Below are positions 38,970 to 47,410 of a stretch of DNA of 64,000 bases, in pieces. A model generated the notes under the pieces. The model was not told the DNA's origin and did no database searches. It saw only the letters and a list, made by a program, of their open reading frames with translations. Every line of letters begins with the position of its first letter. The first letter of the stretch is position 1. Origin of the DNA: Candidatus Hydrogenedens sp. (lineage in GTDB: Bacteria; Hydrogenedentota; Hydrogenedentia; Hydrogenedentales; JAEUWI01); contig WGMK01000007.1 of the NCBI GenBank assembly GCA_016125095.1, positions 265,605 to 329,604 on the forward strand, written 5' to 3'. The translations under genes were made by a program, and so were the position numbers.

Positions 38970-40275
38970 GCAGGAGGCCGCTGCCCGGACGCTCTGCAAG
39001 GCGCTGCGGGCGGCGGGACACACGGCTTACCTCGCCGGAGGATGCGTCCGCGACCGCCTGCTCGGGGTGCGCCCGAAGGACTACGACATCGCCACCAGCG
39101 CCATGCCGGATGAAATCGCGAACTTGTTTTCCCGTACGGTCGGGGTTGGCGCGGCCTTTGGCGTCATGCTCGTCATCACCGATGCGGGCCCCATCGAAGT
39201 AGCAACATTCCGCACCGATGGCGCCTACAGCGACGGCCGACGCCCGGAGTCGATCGCCTTCGCCGATCCCGAGGCCGACGCTTCCCGCCGCGACTTCACC
39301 ATCAATGCCTTGTTTCTCGACCCCGAGACGGAGGCCATCATCGACTATGTCGGCGGCCGGGAGGACCTGGCCCGGGGCATTATCCGGACGGTGGGGGACG
39401 CTGCCGCGCGGTTTGGCGAAGACCACCTGCGGCTGTTGCGCGCCATCCGCTTCGCCGCACGTCTCGGCTACGAAATCGAGGCAGGCACCGCAATTGCTCT
39501 GCGCGAAAAGGCGGCATCGATTGTAACCACCAGCGCGGAACGCATCCGCGACGAGTTGGTGGGCATGTTTACCGGCCCCCGACCGGGCCGAGCGTTGCAC
39601 CTGCTCGACGAGTATGGCCTGCTGCGACATGTCCTGCCCGAAGTCGCCGCCATGAAGGGCGTCGAACAGCCGCCGGAATATCATCCGGAGGGGGACGTCT
39701 TCATCCATACCGCATTGGTGCTCGACGCCTTGTACCAACCGTCGGCCGCGTTGGCCTTCGGCGCGCTGTTGCACGATGTCGGAAAGCCGTCGACCATCAC
39801 CTACGAGGATCGCATCCGCTTCAACGGCCATCCGGAAGTGGGGGCGGACATGGCCCGCAGAATCGCCCGAAGGCTCAAATTCTCCAACGACGAGAGCGAC
39901 CGCATCGTCTGGCTGGTGGCGATGCACATGCGCGTTGCCTGTATTCCCGATATGCGCGAAGCCAAGCGGAAGCGGCTCGTTCGCACCGAGGGATTCGATG
40001 AACTGCTGGCGCTGTGCCTGGCGGACTGCCGGGGCTCGCTCGGCGATGTCAGCACTATCGCGTGGATTCTGGAATATCTGGCGGAACTGCCCCTGGAGGC
40101 CGCACGGCCGCCGCGGCTCGTCAATGGCAGCCGACTCATTGAACTCGGCTACGCGCCCGGACCGGAATTCAAGGCGATTCTGGCGGCGCTGGAGGACGCT
40201 CAGTTGGAAGGCGAGATAGCGAGCGTTTCGGAAGCAGAGCGCTGGCTGGCGGCGCACTACCCGCGGTCTGCGTAG
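38962..40275 (+). CDS. cca: CCA-adding tRNA nucleotidyltransferase / polyA-polymerase family with HD domain
   Basis: Pol-beta-like NTase head: GGCVRDRLLGVRPKDYDIAT (GG.VRD...DxD). HD domain: LLHDVGKP...FNGHPEVGADMARRIA. Confidence 0.75.
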   Translation: MDRQEAAARTLCKALRAAGHTAYLAGGCVRDRLLGVRPKDYDIATSAMPDEIANLFSRTVGVGAAFGVMLVITDAGPIEVATFRTDGAYSDGRRPESIAFADPEADASRRDFTINALFLDPETEAIIDYVGGREDLARGIIRTVGDAAARFGEDHLRLLRAIRFAARLGYEIEAGTAIALREKAASIVTTSAERIRDELVGMFTGPRPGRALHLLDEYGLLRHVLPEVAAMKGVEQPPEYHPEGDVFIHTALVLDALYQPSAALAFGALLHDVGKPSTITYEDRIRFNGHPEVGADMARRIARRLKFSNDESDRIVWLVAMHMRVACIPDMREAKRKRLVRTEGFDELLALCLADCRGSLGDVSTIAWILEYLAELPLEAARPPRLVNGSRLIELGYAPGPEFKAILAALEDAQLEGEIASVSEAERWLAAHYPRSA

Positions 40276-40282
40276 TTCAGCC

Positions 40283-41890
40283 CTAGGGACGGTGGAGTTG
40301 CGTCCCCAGTTCTTCCAGGCGCCTGCGTGGTAATTCGACCGTGGCGCGGGCGCCGCGCTCGGGGCAGTTTTCAATGGAGATTCTGCCGCCGTGACTCTCA
40401 ACGATCTTCTTGCAGCAGGCCAGGCCGAGTCCCGTGCCGCGCGAGCCCTTGGTCGTGAAAAACGCATCGAAAATATGGGGAAGATGCTCGTCGCCGATAC
40501 CGGCCCCGGAATCGGTGACTTCGACGACCACCGACTCGGGATGACCCACCGCCAGAATCTCGACCGTTCCGCCGCCGGTTTCGCATGCATCGAGCGCATT
40601 GGCGACCAGATTCAAGACCACCCGGTGCAATTCACGGCCATCGCCATCGAGCCGCGTGCTGCCCTCGTATCGGAAGCGCACCTCGACTGCATGCTTGGCG
40701 GCCTGTTGCGCTACGGTCTCTACGACATCGCTGCAGATCGCCGCGATATCGCAGGCCTCGCGGTGCCCTGAGCCCCCGCGGGAGTAGGTGAGCATGTTCA
40801 ACACCAAGGTCTCGATGCGATCAATCGAACGCTGAAGGATGGGCCACCCGACCTGCAGCTGTTCCCACCGCTGGGATTGAACGCCCTGGCTGATTAAATC
40901 CGAACTGGCCCGGATTCCCGTGAGCATGTTCTTGATGCAATGCCCCAGTCCGGCCGTTGCCTCCCCGATGGCCGCGAGTCGCTCGGATTGCACGATCTGG
41001 TGGTGCAGGGTGGCATTCTCCACCGCAACACCCGCGATCCGGCCGATGGCGCTGAGCAGTTCGAGCGACTTTCCCTGGAACGGCCGCACCTGCCGGCCGG
41101 AATCGACGTAGATCACCCCGACGACGGACTCGCGTCCCAGCAGGGGGGCGCACATGGCGGAGTGGATTTCGTGGTCGGCAATGCTCGCCGAGGTGTCGAA
41201 GCGGCTGTCCTGTACGGCGTCAGCCACGAGAATCGCCTCGCGAGACCGCACCACCTTATCCACCAGCGTCTGGCTGATGGGGGGGCCGCTTTCGTCCGGC
41301 TGGCGGCTTAGCGAGGCCCGCAACTGCGCGGGCTCGCCCACGCTTTCGACGGTCAAGATAAAGCCGCGCTGCACGGGCAGGCTTTCGAAGACCAGTCCGA
41401 GCAGTTCCCGCAGCAATTCGTCCAAGTCGAAGATCTCGCCCAGCAACATCGATGCATGGAACAACGTCGCCAGGGGAGTGCCGACGGTATCTCGCAGGAG
41501 CGACTGTTGGAACATCTCGCTCTTGGCCATGCTCACGACAGACTGGGCGTAGGGTTCCGCACTGGCGGCGATCTCGAATTCCTGGTTACCGACGCGAAGC
41601 ACGTCTCCCGGATGCAGCTCGGCGAATGGTGTCGTCTTGCTGTTCACCATGATGCCGTTGCGGGAGCCGAGATCCTTAACCGACAAACGCCCATTTTCGA
41701 AATAGATCTGCGCGTGTTTCCGGCTCACGGACTGGTCCTGGGCGAGCGGAATACCGCACTCGTCCGCACGCCCGATGATCAGTCCGTTCTCCGGCACGGC
41801 GGTACGGCGCGGTTCCGCTCCGCTCCTCTTCCAGAGCAACTCGTAAGTGCTATCGCCAGCCATCCCTCTGCGCTCCAACGATTCAGCCAA
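40283..41890 (-). CDS. FHA-GAF-histidine kinase (sensor kinase with N-terminal forkhead-associated domain)
   Basis: FHA domain (GRADECGIPLAQDQSVSRKHAQIYFENGRLSVKDLGSRNGIMVN). GAF region. HisKA H-box (LGHCIKNMLTGI). HATPase_c (VVLNLVANALDA...DSGAGIGDE...GTGLGL). Confidence 0.75.
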   Translation of the reverse strand: MAESLERRGMAGDSTYELLWKRSGAEPRRTAVPENGLIIGRADECGIPLAQDQSVSRKHAQIYFENGRLSVKDLGSRNGIMVNSKTTPFAELHPGDVLRVGNQEFEIAASAEPYAQSVVSMAKSEMFQQSLLRDTVGTPLATLFHASMLLGEIFDLDELLRELLGLVFESLPVQRGFILTVESVGEPAQLRASLSRQPDESGPPISQTLVDKVVRSREAILVADAVQDSRFDTSASIADHEIHSAMCAPLLGRESVVGVIYVDSGRQVRPFQGKSLELLSAIGRIAGVAVENATLHHQIVQSERLAAIGEATAGLGHCIKNMLTGIRASSDLISQGVQSQRWEQLQVGWPILQRSIDRIETLVLNMLTYSRGGSGHREACDIAAICSDVVETVAQQAAKHAVEVRFRYEGSTRLDGDGRELHRVVLNLVANALDACETGGGTVEILAVGHPESVVVEVTDSGAGIGDEHLPHIFDAFFTTKGSRGTGLGLACCKKIVESHGGRISIENCPERGARATVELPRRRLEELGTQLHRP

Positions 41891-42014
41891 GTTGCGAATT
41901 GCTGATCGTTATAGGGGGATCGATGGTCGATTTACAAGCAATCCCGAATTTCTTACTTTGGGGTTGTACCATTGGAGGTTCTTTTCGACGGCCGGGCGGG
42001 CGGAACGTAACTTC

Positions 42015-42043
42015 TTGAACGCCAGAAATACTGCTGCTATATT
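42015..42043 (+). promoter_or_regulatory. Putative sigma70-type promoter for mrfA-like gene
   Basis: TTGAAC (42015-42020), 17-nt spacer, TATATT (42038-42043). RBS aaggag at 42051-42056, then GTG at 42063. Confidence 0.4.
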
Positions 42044-42062
42044 CAGTGGTAAGGAGCGCCGC

Positions 42063-44357
42063 GTGAACGTAGCCCAAACCATCGACCGCCTCAAGGGCGA
42101 TGCGGATTTCTGCCGCAGCCTGACCGCGTGGAAAACCGTGCCGCCACGTCCCGCGCGCTTCGGCGGATTTCCGGAGGGCCTCGACCCGCGGCTCGTGGCG
42201 GGCTATCAGAAGCGCGGCATCTACGACCTGTACACGCACCAGAGCCAGGCGGTGCAGGAAGCGCTGGCCGGCAACAACGTCTGCGTGGTTACCCCGACGG
42301 CCTCGGGCAAAACGCTCTGCTACAACATCCCGGTGCTGCAGCGGATCCTCGAGAATCCCAAGGCGCGGGCGCTCTACATCTTTCCCACCAAGGCGCTTTC
42401 GCAGGATCAGGTCTTCGAGCTCAAGGGCACCATTGACGATCTGGAGGTGAAGATTGGCACCTTCACCTTCGATGGCGATACCCCGGCCTCGGCGCGCAAG
42501 GCGGTGCGGAGCGCCGGGCACGTGGTGGTGACGAATCCGGACATGCTGCACAGCGGCATCCTGCCGCACCACACCATCTGGATCCGCCTGTTCGAGAACC
42601 TCGAGTACGTGGTCATCGACGAGGTGCACCACTACCGCGGGGTGTTCGGCAGCCACCTGGCGAACGTGCTCCGGCGCCTCAAGCGCATCTGCGCGTTCTA
42701 CGGTTCGAATCCGCAGTTCATCTGCTGCAGCGCCACGATTGCGAATCCGAAGGAATTGGCGGAGCGGATCATCGAAGCACCGGTATCGCTGGTGGACGAC
42801 AACGGCGCCCCGGCGGGCGAGAAGCATTTCCTGTTCTACAACCCGCCCGTGGTAAATGCGGAACTCGGCATCCGGAAATCCTCGGTGCATGAGGCAAGCC
42901 GTATTGCGCAGCAGCTGCTGATGAAGGAAATCCAGTCCATCGTCTTTGCGCGCAGCCGCCTGCGGGTCGAGGTGCTGACGACCTACCTGAAAGAGGCCGT
43001 GCGCAAGATGGGCAAGCCCGACGCGCTGGTGCAGGGCTATCGCGGCGGCTATCTGCCCACCGAGCGGCGCGCCATCGAGCAGGGCCTGCGCGAGGGCAAG
43101 ATCATGACGGTGGTCAGCACCAATGCGCTGGAGCTCGGCATCGACATCGGCGCGCTGGACGTGTGCATCATGACCGGATACGCAGGCAGCGTGGCCAGCA
43201 CCTGGCAGCAGGCCGGGCGCGCGGGACGCCGCAACAACGTGAGCCTCGTGGTGCTGGTCGCCACGAGCGCGCCGCTGGATCAGTACATCATCCAGCACCC
43301 GGAATACTTCTTCGAGCAGTCGCCGGAGAGCGGCACCATCGATCCGGACAACCTGATCATCCTGACGAGCCACCTGAAGTGCGCAAGCTTCGAACTGCCG
43401 TTCATCGAGGGCGAGGGCTTCGGCATCGACGCCCATTCAACCGAGCAGGTGCTGGATTACCTGGCCGAAAACCGCGTGCTGAGGAAGGTGCGCGACAAGT
43501 GGCACTGGAGTGCCGACACCTATCCCGCCGAGGACGTGAGCCTGCGGACCGCCGCGCCGGGGAATGTGGTGATTCTCGACACCAGCGACGACGGGCGCGT
43601 GATCGGCGAGGTCGATTATTTCGCGGCACATGTCGAGGTCTATGAAAACGCCATCTACATGCACCAGAGCCGGCAATACACCATCGACAAGCTGGACCTG
43701 AAAGATCGTAAGGCCTACGCGCGTCCGGTGGAGACGGACTACTACACCGACGCCGAACTGAAGGTGGACCTGCGGATTATCGATGCGCTGGAGGACATGG
43801 AGATCGGGCAGGCGCGGAAATGCTGCGGGGAACTCAGCGTCACCTGGCTCGCGACCATCTACAAGAAGATCAAGTTCGGTACGCACGAGAACGTAGGCTG
43901 GGGCGAAATCCATCTACCTGAGCAGAACATGCACACGATGGGCTATTGGATTGAATACCCCGACGAGGCGGAATCCCTGTTCGAGATGGAGCGCGAGGAA
44001 CTGGGCGAAGCGCTCAACGGCCTGGCCAACACGCTCCGGCAGGTGGCCCCCGTGCGCGTGATGTGCGACCTCACCGATATCCGCGCGACGGCCATGCTAC
44101 GCTCGCCCGTGTCGGAGCGTCCCTCGGTCTTCCTATACGAAACCTATCCCGGCGGCGTGGGGCTGAGCGAAAAGTTGTACGCGCACCATCAGGTGCTGCT
44201 CGAGTCCGCCATCAGCCTGATTACCGATTGCGGCTGCCGCGAGGGCTGCCCGAGCTGCGTGGGCACACCGCTAGAGACCGGACCGATGGGCAAGCAGGGG
44301 GCCGTGGCGCTGGCCCGCTTCGCGCTGGGACAGCCGCTGGCCGCGGCGGCGGAGTAG
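42063..44357 (+). CDS. mrfA: MrfA/YprA-like DEAD/DEAH-box helicase with C-terminal DUF1998 (4-Cys MZB) domain
   Basis: Walker A VVTPTASGKTLCY, DEVH box (VVIDEVHHYRG), motif VI QQAGRAGRR, and a C-terminal DCGCREGCPSCVG cysteine cluster typical of DUF1998. About 764 aa from GTG 42063; the ORF-track start at 41847 would overlap the divergent gene. Confidence 0.75.
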   Translation: MNVAQTIDRLKGDADFCRSLTAWKTVPPRPARFGGFPEGLDPRLVAGYQKRGIYDLYTHQSQAVQEALAGNNVCVVTPTASGKTLCYNIPVLQRILENPKARALYIFPTKALSQDQVFELKGTIDDLEVKIGTFTFDGDTPASARKAVRSAGHVVVTNPDMLHSGILPHHTIWIRLFENLEYVVIDEVHHYRGVFGSHLANVLRRLKRICAFYGSNPQFICCSATIANPKELAERIIEAPVSLVDDNGAPAGEKHFLFYNPPVVNAELGIRKSSVHEASRIAQQLLMKEIQSIVFARSRLRVEVLTTYLKEAVRKMGKPDALVQGYRGGYLPTERRAIEQGLREGKIMTVVSTNALELGIDIGALDVCIMTGYAGSVASTWQQAGRAGRRNNVSLVVLVATSAPLDQYIIQHPEYFFEQSPESGTIDPDNLIILTSHLKCASFELPFIEGEGFGIDAHSTEQVLDYLAENRVLRKVRDKWHWSADTYPAEDVSLRTAAPGNVVILDTSDDGRVIGEVDYFAAHVEVYENAIYMHQSRQYTIDKLDLKDRKAYARPVETDYYTDAELKVDLRIIDALEDMEIGQARKCCGELSVTWLATIYKKIKFGTHENVGWGEIHLPEQNMHTMGYWIEYPDEAESLFEMEREELGEALNGLANTLRQVAPVRVMCDLTDIRATAMLRSPVSERPSVFLYETYPGGVGLSEKLYAHHQVLLESAISLITDCGCREGCPSCVGTPLETGPMGKQGAVALARFALGQPLAAAAE

Positions 44358-44364
44358 TCCCCCG

Positions 44365-45663
44365 ATGGACGACGTGCGCGCCAAGCTGGACGCCCTGCTG
44401 AAAAGCCGGAACCTGATGACCGGCCGGCAATACGAGGAACAGCACCGCGAGGAATCCGAGCAGCGGCAATCGGGCGCTTTTGATCTGCCGCAGGTGGTGC
44501 CGGGCGAAGACGTGGGGGAGGACCCCGCGTTCTATCTGGTCCGCACCGAGTATCCGCTCGACCACCTGCACGGCCAGCTGCCGCTGGGATCGGCGCTGAC
44601 CGCCTCGGGCGAGCACATCGCTTTTTCCGCGCAGGACGAAGAGCTGATTGACTTCGACCCGGCGCGCACGGCCTTCGTCGATACCGAGACCATCGGCCTC
44701 GCGGGCGGCGCCGGCACGGTCGCCTTTCTGGTGGGCGTGGGTTATTTCACGGAGCATGCCTTCCGCCTCGACCAGTGTTTCATGCGCGACTACGACGAGG
44801 AGGAGCCGATGCTGGCGTTTCTCGCCGAGCGCTTTGAGGGCATGGAAACCGTCGTGGGCTACAACAGCAAAAGCTTCGACCTGCCGCTGCTGCGCACGCG
44901 CTTCATCCAGAACCGCATACCCTTCCGCGCCGAGGCCTGCGCGCACTACGATCTGGTGCATGCCGCGCGCCGGTTCTACAAGCGGCGGCTGGCCGATTGC
45001 AGCCTGGGCAACATCGAGCGCGAAGTGCTCGGCATCCGCCGCGAGGGCGACGTGCCCAGCTATCTGATACCGCAACTCTGGTTCGACTACCTCCGCACGC
45101 GCGACGCCCGCCCGCTCAAGGGCGTGTTCTACCACCACCAGACCGACATCCTCTCGCTGGTCACGCTTACGGCGTGGTTGTCGGAATGCCTGCAGCGCGG
45201 CGGCACCGAGGGCTTCGAGCATGCTGAGGACAAGTTGTCCCTCGTGCGCATCCACTTCCGGCAGAAGAACTACGAAGCGGTCGCCGACCTGGGTAAGCGC
45301 TTTCTCGAGGCGGACGGCGCCGACCAGGACACCGAGCCCGAGCGCTCGCTGCGGCTGGAATGCCTTGAGATGCTCGGCTTCGCCTACAAACGGCTCTCTC
45401 GGTTCGAGGACATGCGGGATTCGTGGGCCTGGCTGCTGGCCGAATCGCCCGCGCATCTCTCGGCCCGGCTCGAACTCTCCAAGCACTACGAACACCGCGA
45501 GCGCGACTACGGCCGCGCCCTCGCCCTATGCGACGAAGCCCTGGAGAATCCCAACCGTTTCGGCGCCGCGGTCGCCTCTGGAGAACTCCGCGCCCGCCGC
45601 GATCGCATCGCCAATAAAATGAACCGCGGCATGAAGGGGCACGCGGCCGACCTGCTGGAATAG
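44365..45663 (+). CDS. mrfB: MrfB/YprB-like RNase-H-fold (DnaQ-like) exonuclease with C-terminal TPR region
   Basis: Starts 8 nt after mrfA-like. N-terminal DTETIGL (DEDD motif I-like), GYNSKSFDLPLL, HHQTDILS (motif III-like), and C-terminal TPR-like helical repeats. 432 aa. Confidence 0.65.
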   Translation: MDDVRAKLDALLKSRNLMTGRQYEEQHREESEQRQSGAFDLPQVVPGEDVGEDPAFYLVRTEYPLDHLHGQLPLGSALTASGEHIAFSAQDEELIDFDPARTAFVDTETIGLAGGAGTVAFLVGVGYFTEHAFRLDQCFMRDYDEEEPMLAFLAERFEGMETVVGYNSKSFDLPLLRTRFIQNRIPFRAEACAHYDLVHAARRFYKRRLADCSLGNIEREVLGIRREGDVPSYLIPQLWFDYLRTRDARPLKGVFYHHQTDILSLVTLTAWLSECLQRGGTEGFEHAEDKLSLVRIHFRQKNYEAVADLGKRFLEADGADQDTEPERSLRLECLEMLGFAYKRLSRFEDMRDSWAWLLAESPAHLSARLELSKHYEHRERDYGRALALCDEALENPNRFGAAVASGELRARRDRIANKMNRGMKGHAADLLE

Positions 45664-45715
45664 CCGGGGAGGGGGGAAGACGCACCGCAGTGGCGCGGAG
45701 GGCACGGAGAAGGCC
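45601..45715. repeat. Direct repeat copy 1 (3' end of mrfB-like gene + downstream ~50 nt)
   Basis: gatcgcatcgccaataaaatgaaccgcggcatgaaggggcacgcggccgacctgctggaatagccgggga...ggcacggagaagg is about 90% identical to 46885-47000. Confidence 0.85.
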
Positions 45716-45747
45716 TCAGGCAAGTGATTGATCTTCAACGAGACCTA

Positions 45748-45768
45748 GTGCATACTTCGACTATGCAC
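45748..45768. promoter_or_regulatory. Inverted repeat (putative antitoxin operator) upstream of the vapB-like gene
   Basis: GTGCATA-cttcgac-TATGCAC: perfect 7-bp arms with a 7-nt spacer, about 20 nt upstream of the antitoxin start. Confidence 0.35.
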
Positions 45769-45785
45769 CAATTCGGAGTATCAGA

Positions 45786-46031
45786 ATGAAAGCGACTATT
45801 CTCGACATGCGCCGAAATCCGCAAAAAATCTTAGACGCAATCGCACGAAACGAGATCGTGACGCTTTCTTATCGCGGCAAAGAAATCGCTCGAATCGCGC
45901 CCATCGAGTCGGAGAAGCGCTGTAGCGCGTCTGAGCATCCCGCGTTCGGCATGTGGGCCGACCGCGAAGATATGGCTAATCCAACCGAGTACGTGAAGCA
46001 GTTACGAAGAGAACGCTATCGTGATCTTTGA
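45786..46031 (+). CDS. Phd/YefM-like type II antitoxin (VapB-position)
   Basis: 81 aa (MKATILDMRRNPQKILDAIARNEIVTLSYRGKEIARIAPIE), Phd/YefM fold signature. Overlaps the PIN gene by 11 nt. Low local GC. Confidence 0.7.
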   Translation: MKATILDMRRNPQKILDAIARNEIVTLSYRGKEIARIAPIESEKRCSASEHPAFGMWADREDMANPTEYVKQLRRERYRDL

Positions 46032-46401
46032 CACGGATGTCGTCATCTTCGCTTTGCGGGGCAATAGACGCGCCGCCGAATTGATCGACCGCGATGAACT
46101 GCCCGTCATATCGGTCGTAAGCTACTTGGAACTGGCACGTGGAGCACGTGATAAAGCCGAGCTTCGAGACGTTGGAAGATTCCTGAAGCATGTCGGGCTT
46201 CACACCTTGCCCCTCTCAGAGAACATAGGATTTCAAGCCCGTATCTACATTGAGGAATACGGATTGAAGAGCGGGCTGGGAGTCGCCGATTCCCTCATCG
46301 CTGCGACAGCGGCAGACGCTCAATTGACGCTTTGCTCGGGAAATGCCAAACACTTTCGCACCATCTCCGATCTCGATTTACGCGTGTTCCGAGGCGCGTG
46401 A
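46021..46401 (+). CDS. vapC: PIN-domain ribonuclease toxin (VapC family)
   Basis: 126 aa with the N-terminal MIFDTDVVI acidic motif and conserved D/E positions (ADSLIAATA, LCSGNAKHF). Confidence 0.8.
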   Translation: MIFDTDVVIFALRGNRRAAELIDRDELPVISVVSYLELARGARDKAELRDVGRFLKHVGLHTLPLSENIGFQARIYIEEYGLKSGLGVADSLIAATAADAQLTLCSGNAKHFRTISDLDLRVFRGA

Positions 46402-46446
46402 CATCGATGTCTCGACCAACTCCGTAGCGTCGGCATACGCATGGGG

Positions 46447-46783
46447 TCACCCGGGGTGACGCGGCTCGAAGCCGAAGTCCCGCGCGCGTTCTCGCAACGC
46501 CGCCGTCGAGTCCACATTTTTCACGGGAAAGAATCTCCTCAGCGCCCATTCGATATACGGGCTTACCGATTCGTCCGTACCATCGTCGTCGATAATCCAA
46601 TACTGTAAGAAGGGATCCAAGGATTCGATCTGCTCCGGTGTTGCCTTGGATAGCGCGCGTTCGTCGAGATGGAGATGGTCCCAATATCCCAATCCGTCCA
46701 CGTAATCGACGATAAGTTCCAGATAACCAGGCTCCCAGGTTGCCGGATTAGCCGCACCGATGCTGGAAATCACCCCGACCATC
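46447..46783 (-). CDS. Hypothetical protein (start uncertain; longer ORF-track version borrows N-terminus from antisense of the direct repeat)
   Basis: The ORF 46447-46989 extends its N-terminus into DR copy 2, where it is antisense to the duplicated mrfB tail, as is the spurious 45526-45738 ORF. The first internal M (MVGVISSIGAANPATWEPGYLELIVDYVDGLGYWDHLHLDE...) gives about 112 aa. No recognisable domain. Confidence 0.3.
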
Positions 46784-46884
46784 GGATGCCAAACGTCTGA
46801 AAACCGGTTGTACGGGAATGCGTCAATCTGAACGACTTCCTGCGGCGCGAAGCGTTGCTCGTATTGATAGTCCGCTTCCGGCGC

Positions 46885-47000
46885 GATTGCATCGCCAACA
46901 AAATGAACTGCGGCATGAAGGGGCACGCGGCCGACCTGCTGGAATAGCGGGGGAGTGGGGAAAACGCACCACAGAGGCACGGAGGGCACGGAGAGGAGGA
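46885..47000. repeat. Direct repeat copy 2 (duplicate of mrfB-like 3' end), closing the vapBC islet
   Basis: gattgcatcgccaacaaaatgaactgcggcatgaaggggcacgcggccgacctgctggaatagcgggggag...ggcacggagaggagg. It retains the TAG stop and a decayed copy of the last ~20 codons. Confidence 0.85.
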
Positions 47001-47143
47001 ATGCGAGGAAGGGCCCACAAGAGCCTGCAAGGGATTTACGGGGCTAGCGCCAACGGCGCGGACGAAGCCATGGTCAGGGCGTAAGCCCGTCGGCAACGCT
47101 GCAAATTCACGGTTCAGGAACTTCAGAGTCAAAGGCCCGTCCA

Positions 47144-47285
47144 ATACCAGCCTGGGCCAACGGCCCAGGTATAAGGCATTCCCAAAGAATGAGGGCTGAT
47201 GGCCTGATCTATGAAATGGCGCGCGCCTTCAGCGCTTCGACCTTCTGTTGCGCCATGAACCTGGGCCGATGGCCCAGGCTGGTAT
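47144..47285. mobile_element. MITE/REP-like structured element: two near-identical hairpins with complementary flanks (26-nt terminal inverted repeats)
   Basis: ATACCAGCCTGGGCCAACGGCCCAGG (47144-47169) versus CCTGGGCCGATGGCCCAGGCTGGTAT (47260-47285). Each contains a self-complementary cctgggcc-N4-ggcccagg hairpin. The outer flanks ATACCAG / CTGGTAT are complementary, giving a ~15-bp long-range stem. No ORF inside. Confidence 0.5.
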
Positions 47286-47410
47286 AGATGTGACCGTTGG
47301 CCCCCAGGAAAGCATTTCGAGGCCGAGATGCTGCCAACGTGCAAGGGGGTAATCCTTCAAACCTCGCGTCAAATCGCGGGACTCGCTTGGGTGCCGCACA
47401 TCCCCGGTTG

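Noticed and set aside
41883-43436. 517-aa minus-strand ORF
   Set aside because: It is antisense to the mrfA-like helicase, whose motifs (Walker A, DEVH, QQAGRAGR, DUF1998 Cys cluster) are unambiguous on the plus strand.
44221-45495. 424-aa minus-strand ORF
   Set aside because: It is antisense to the mrfB-like exonuclease gene. No recognisable domain.
45526-45738. 70-aa minus-strand ORF similar to the N-terminus of ORF 46447-46989
   Set aside because: The similarity arises only because both read the antisense of the two direct-repeat copies (the mrfB 3' end). It is not evidence of a conserved protein.
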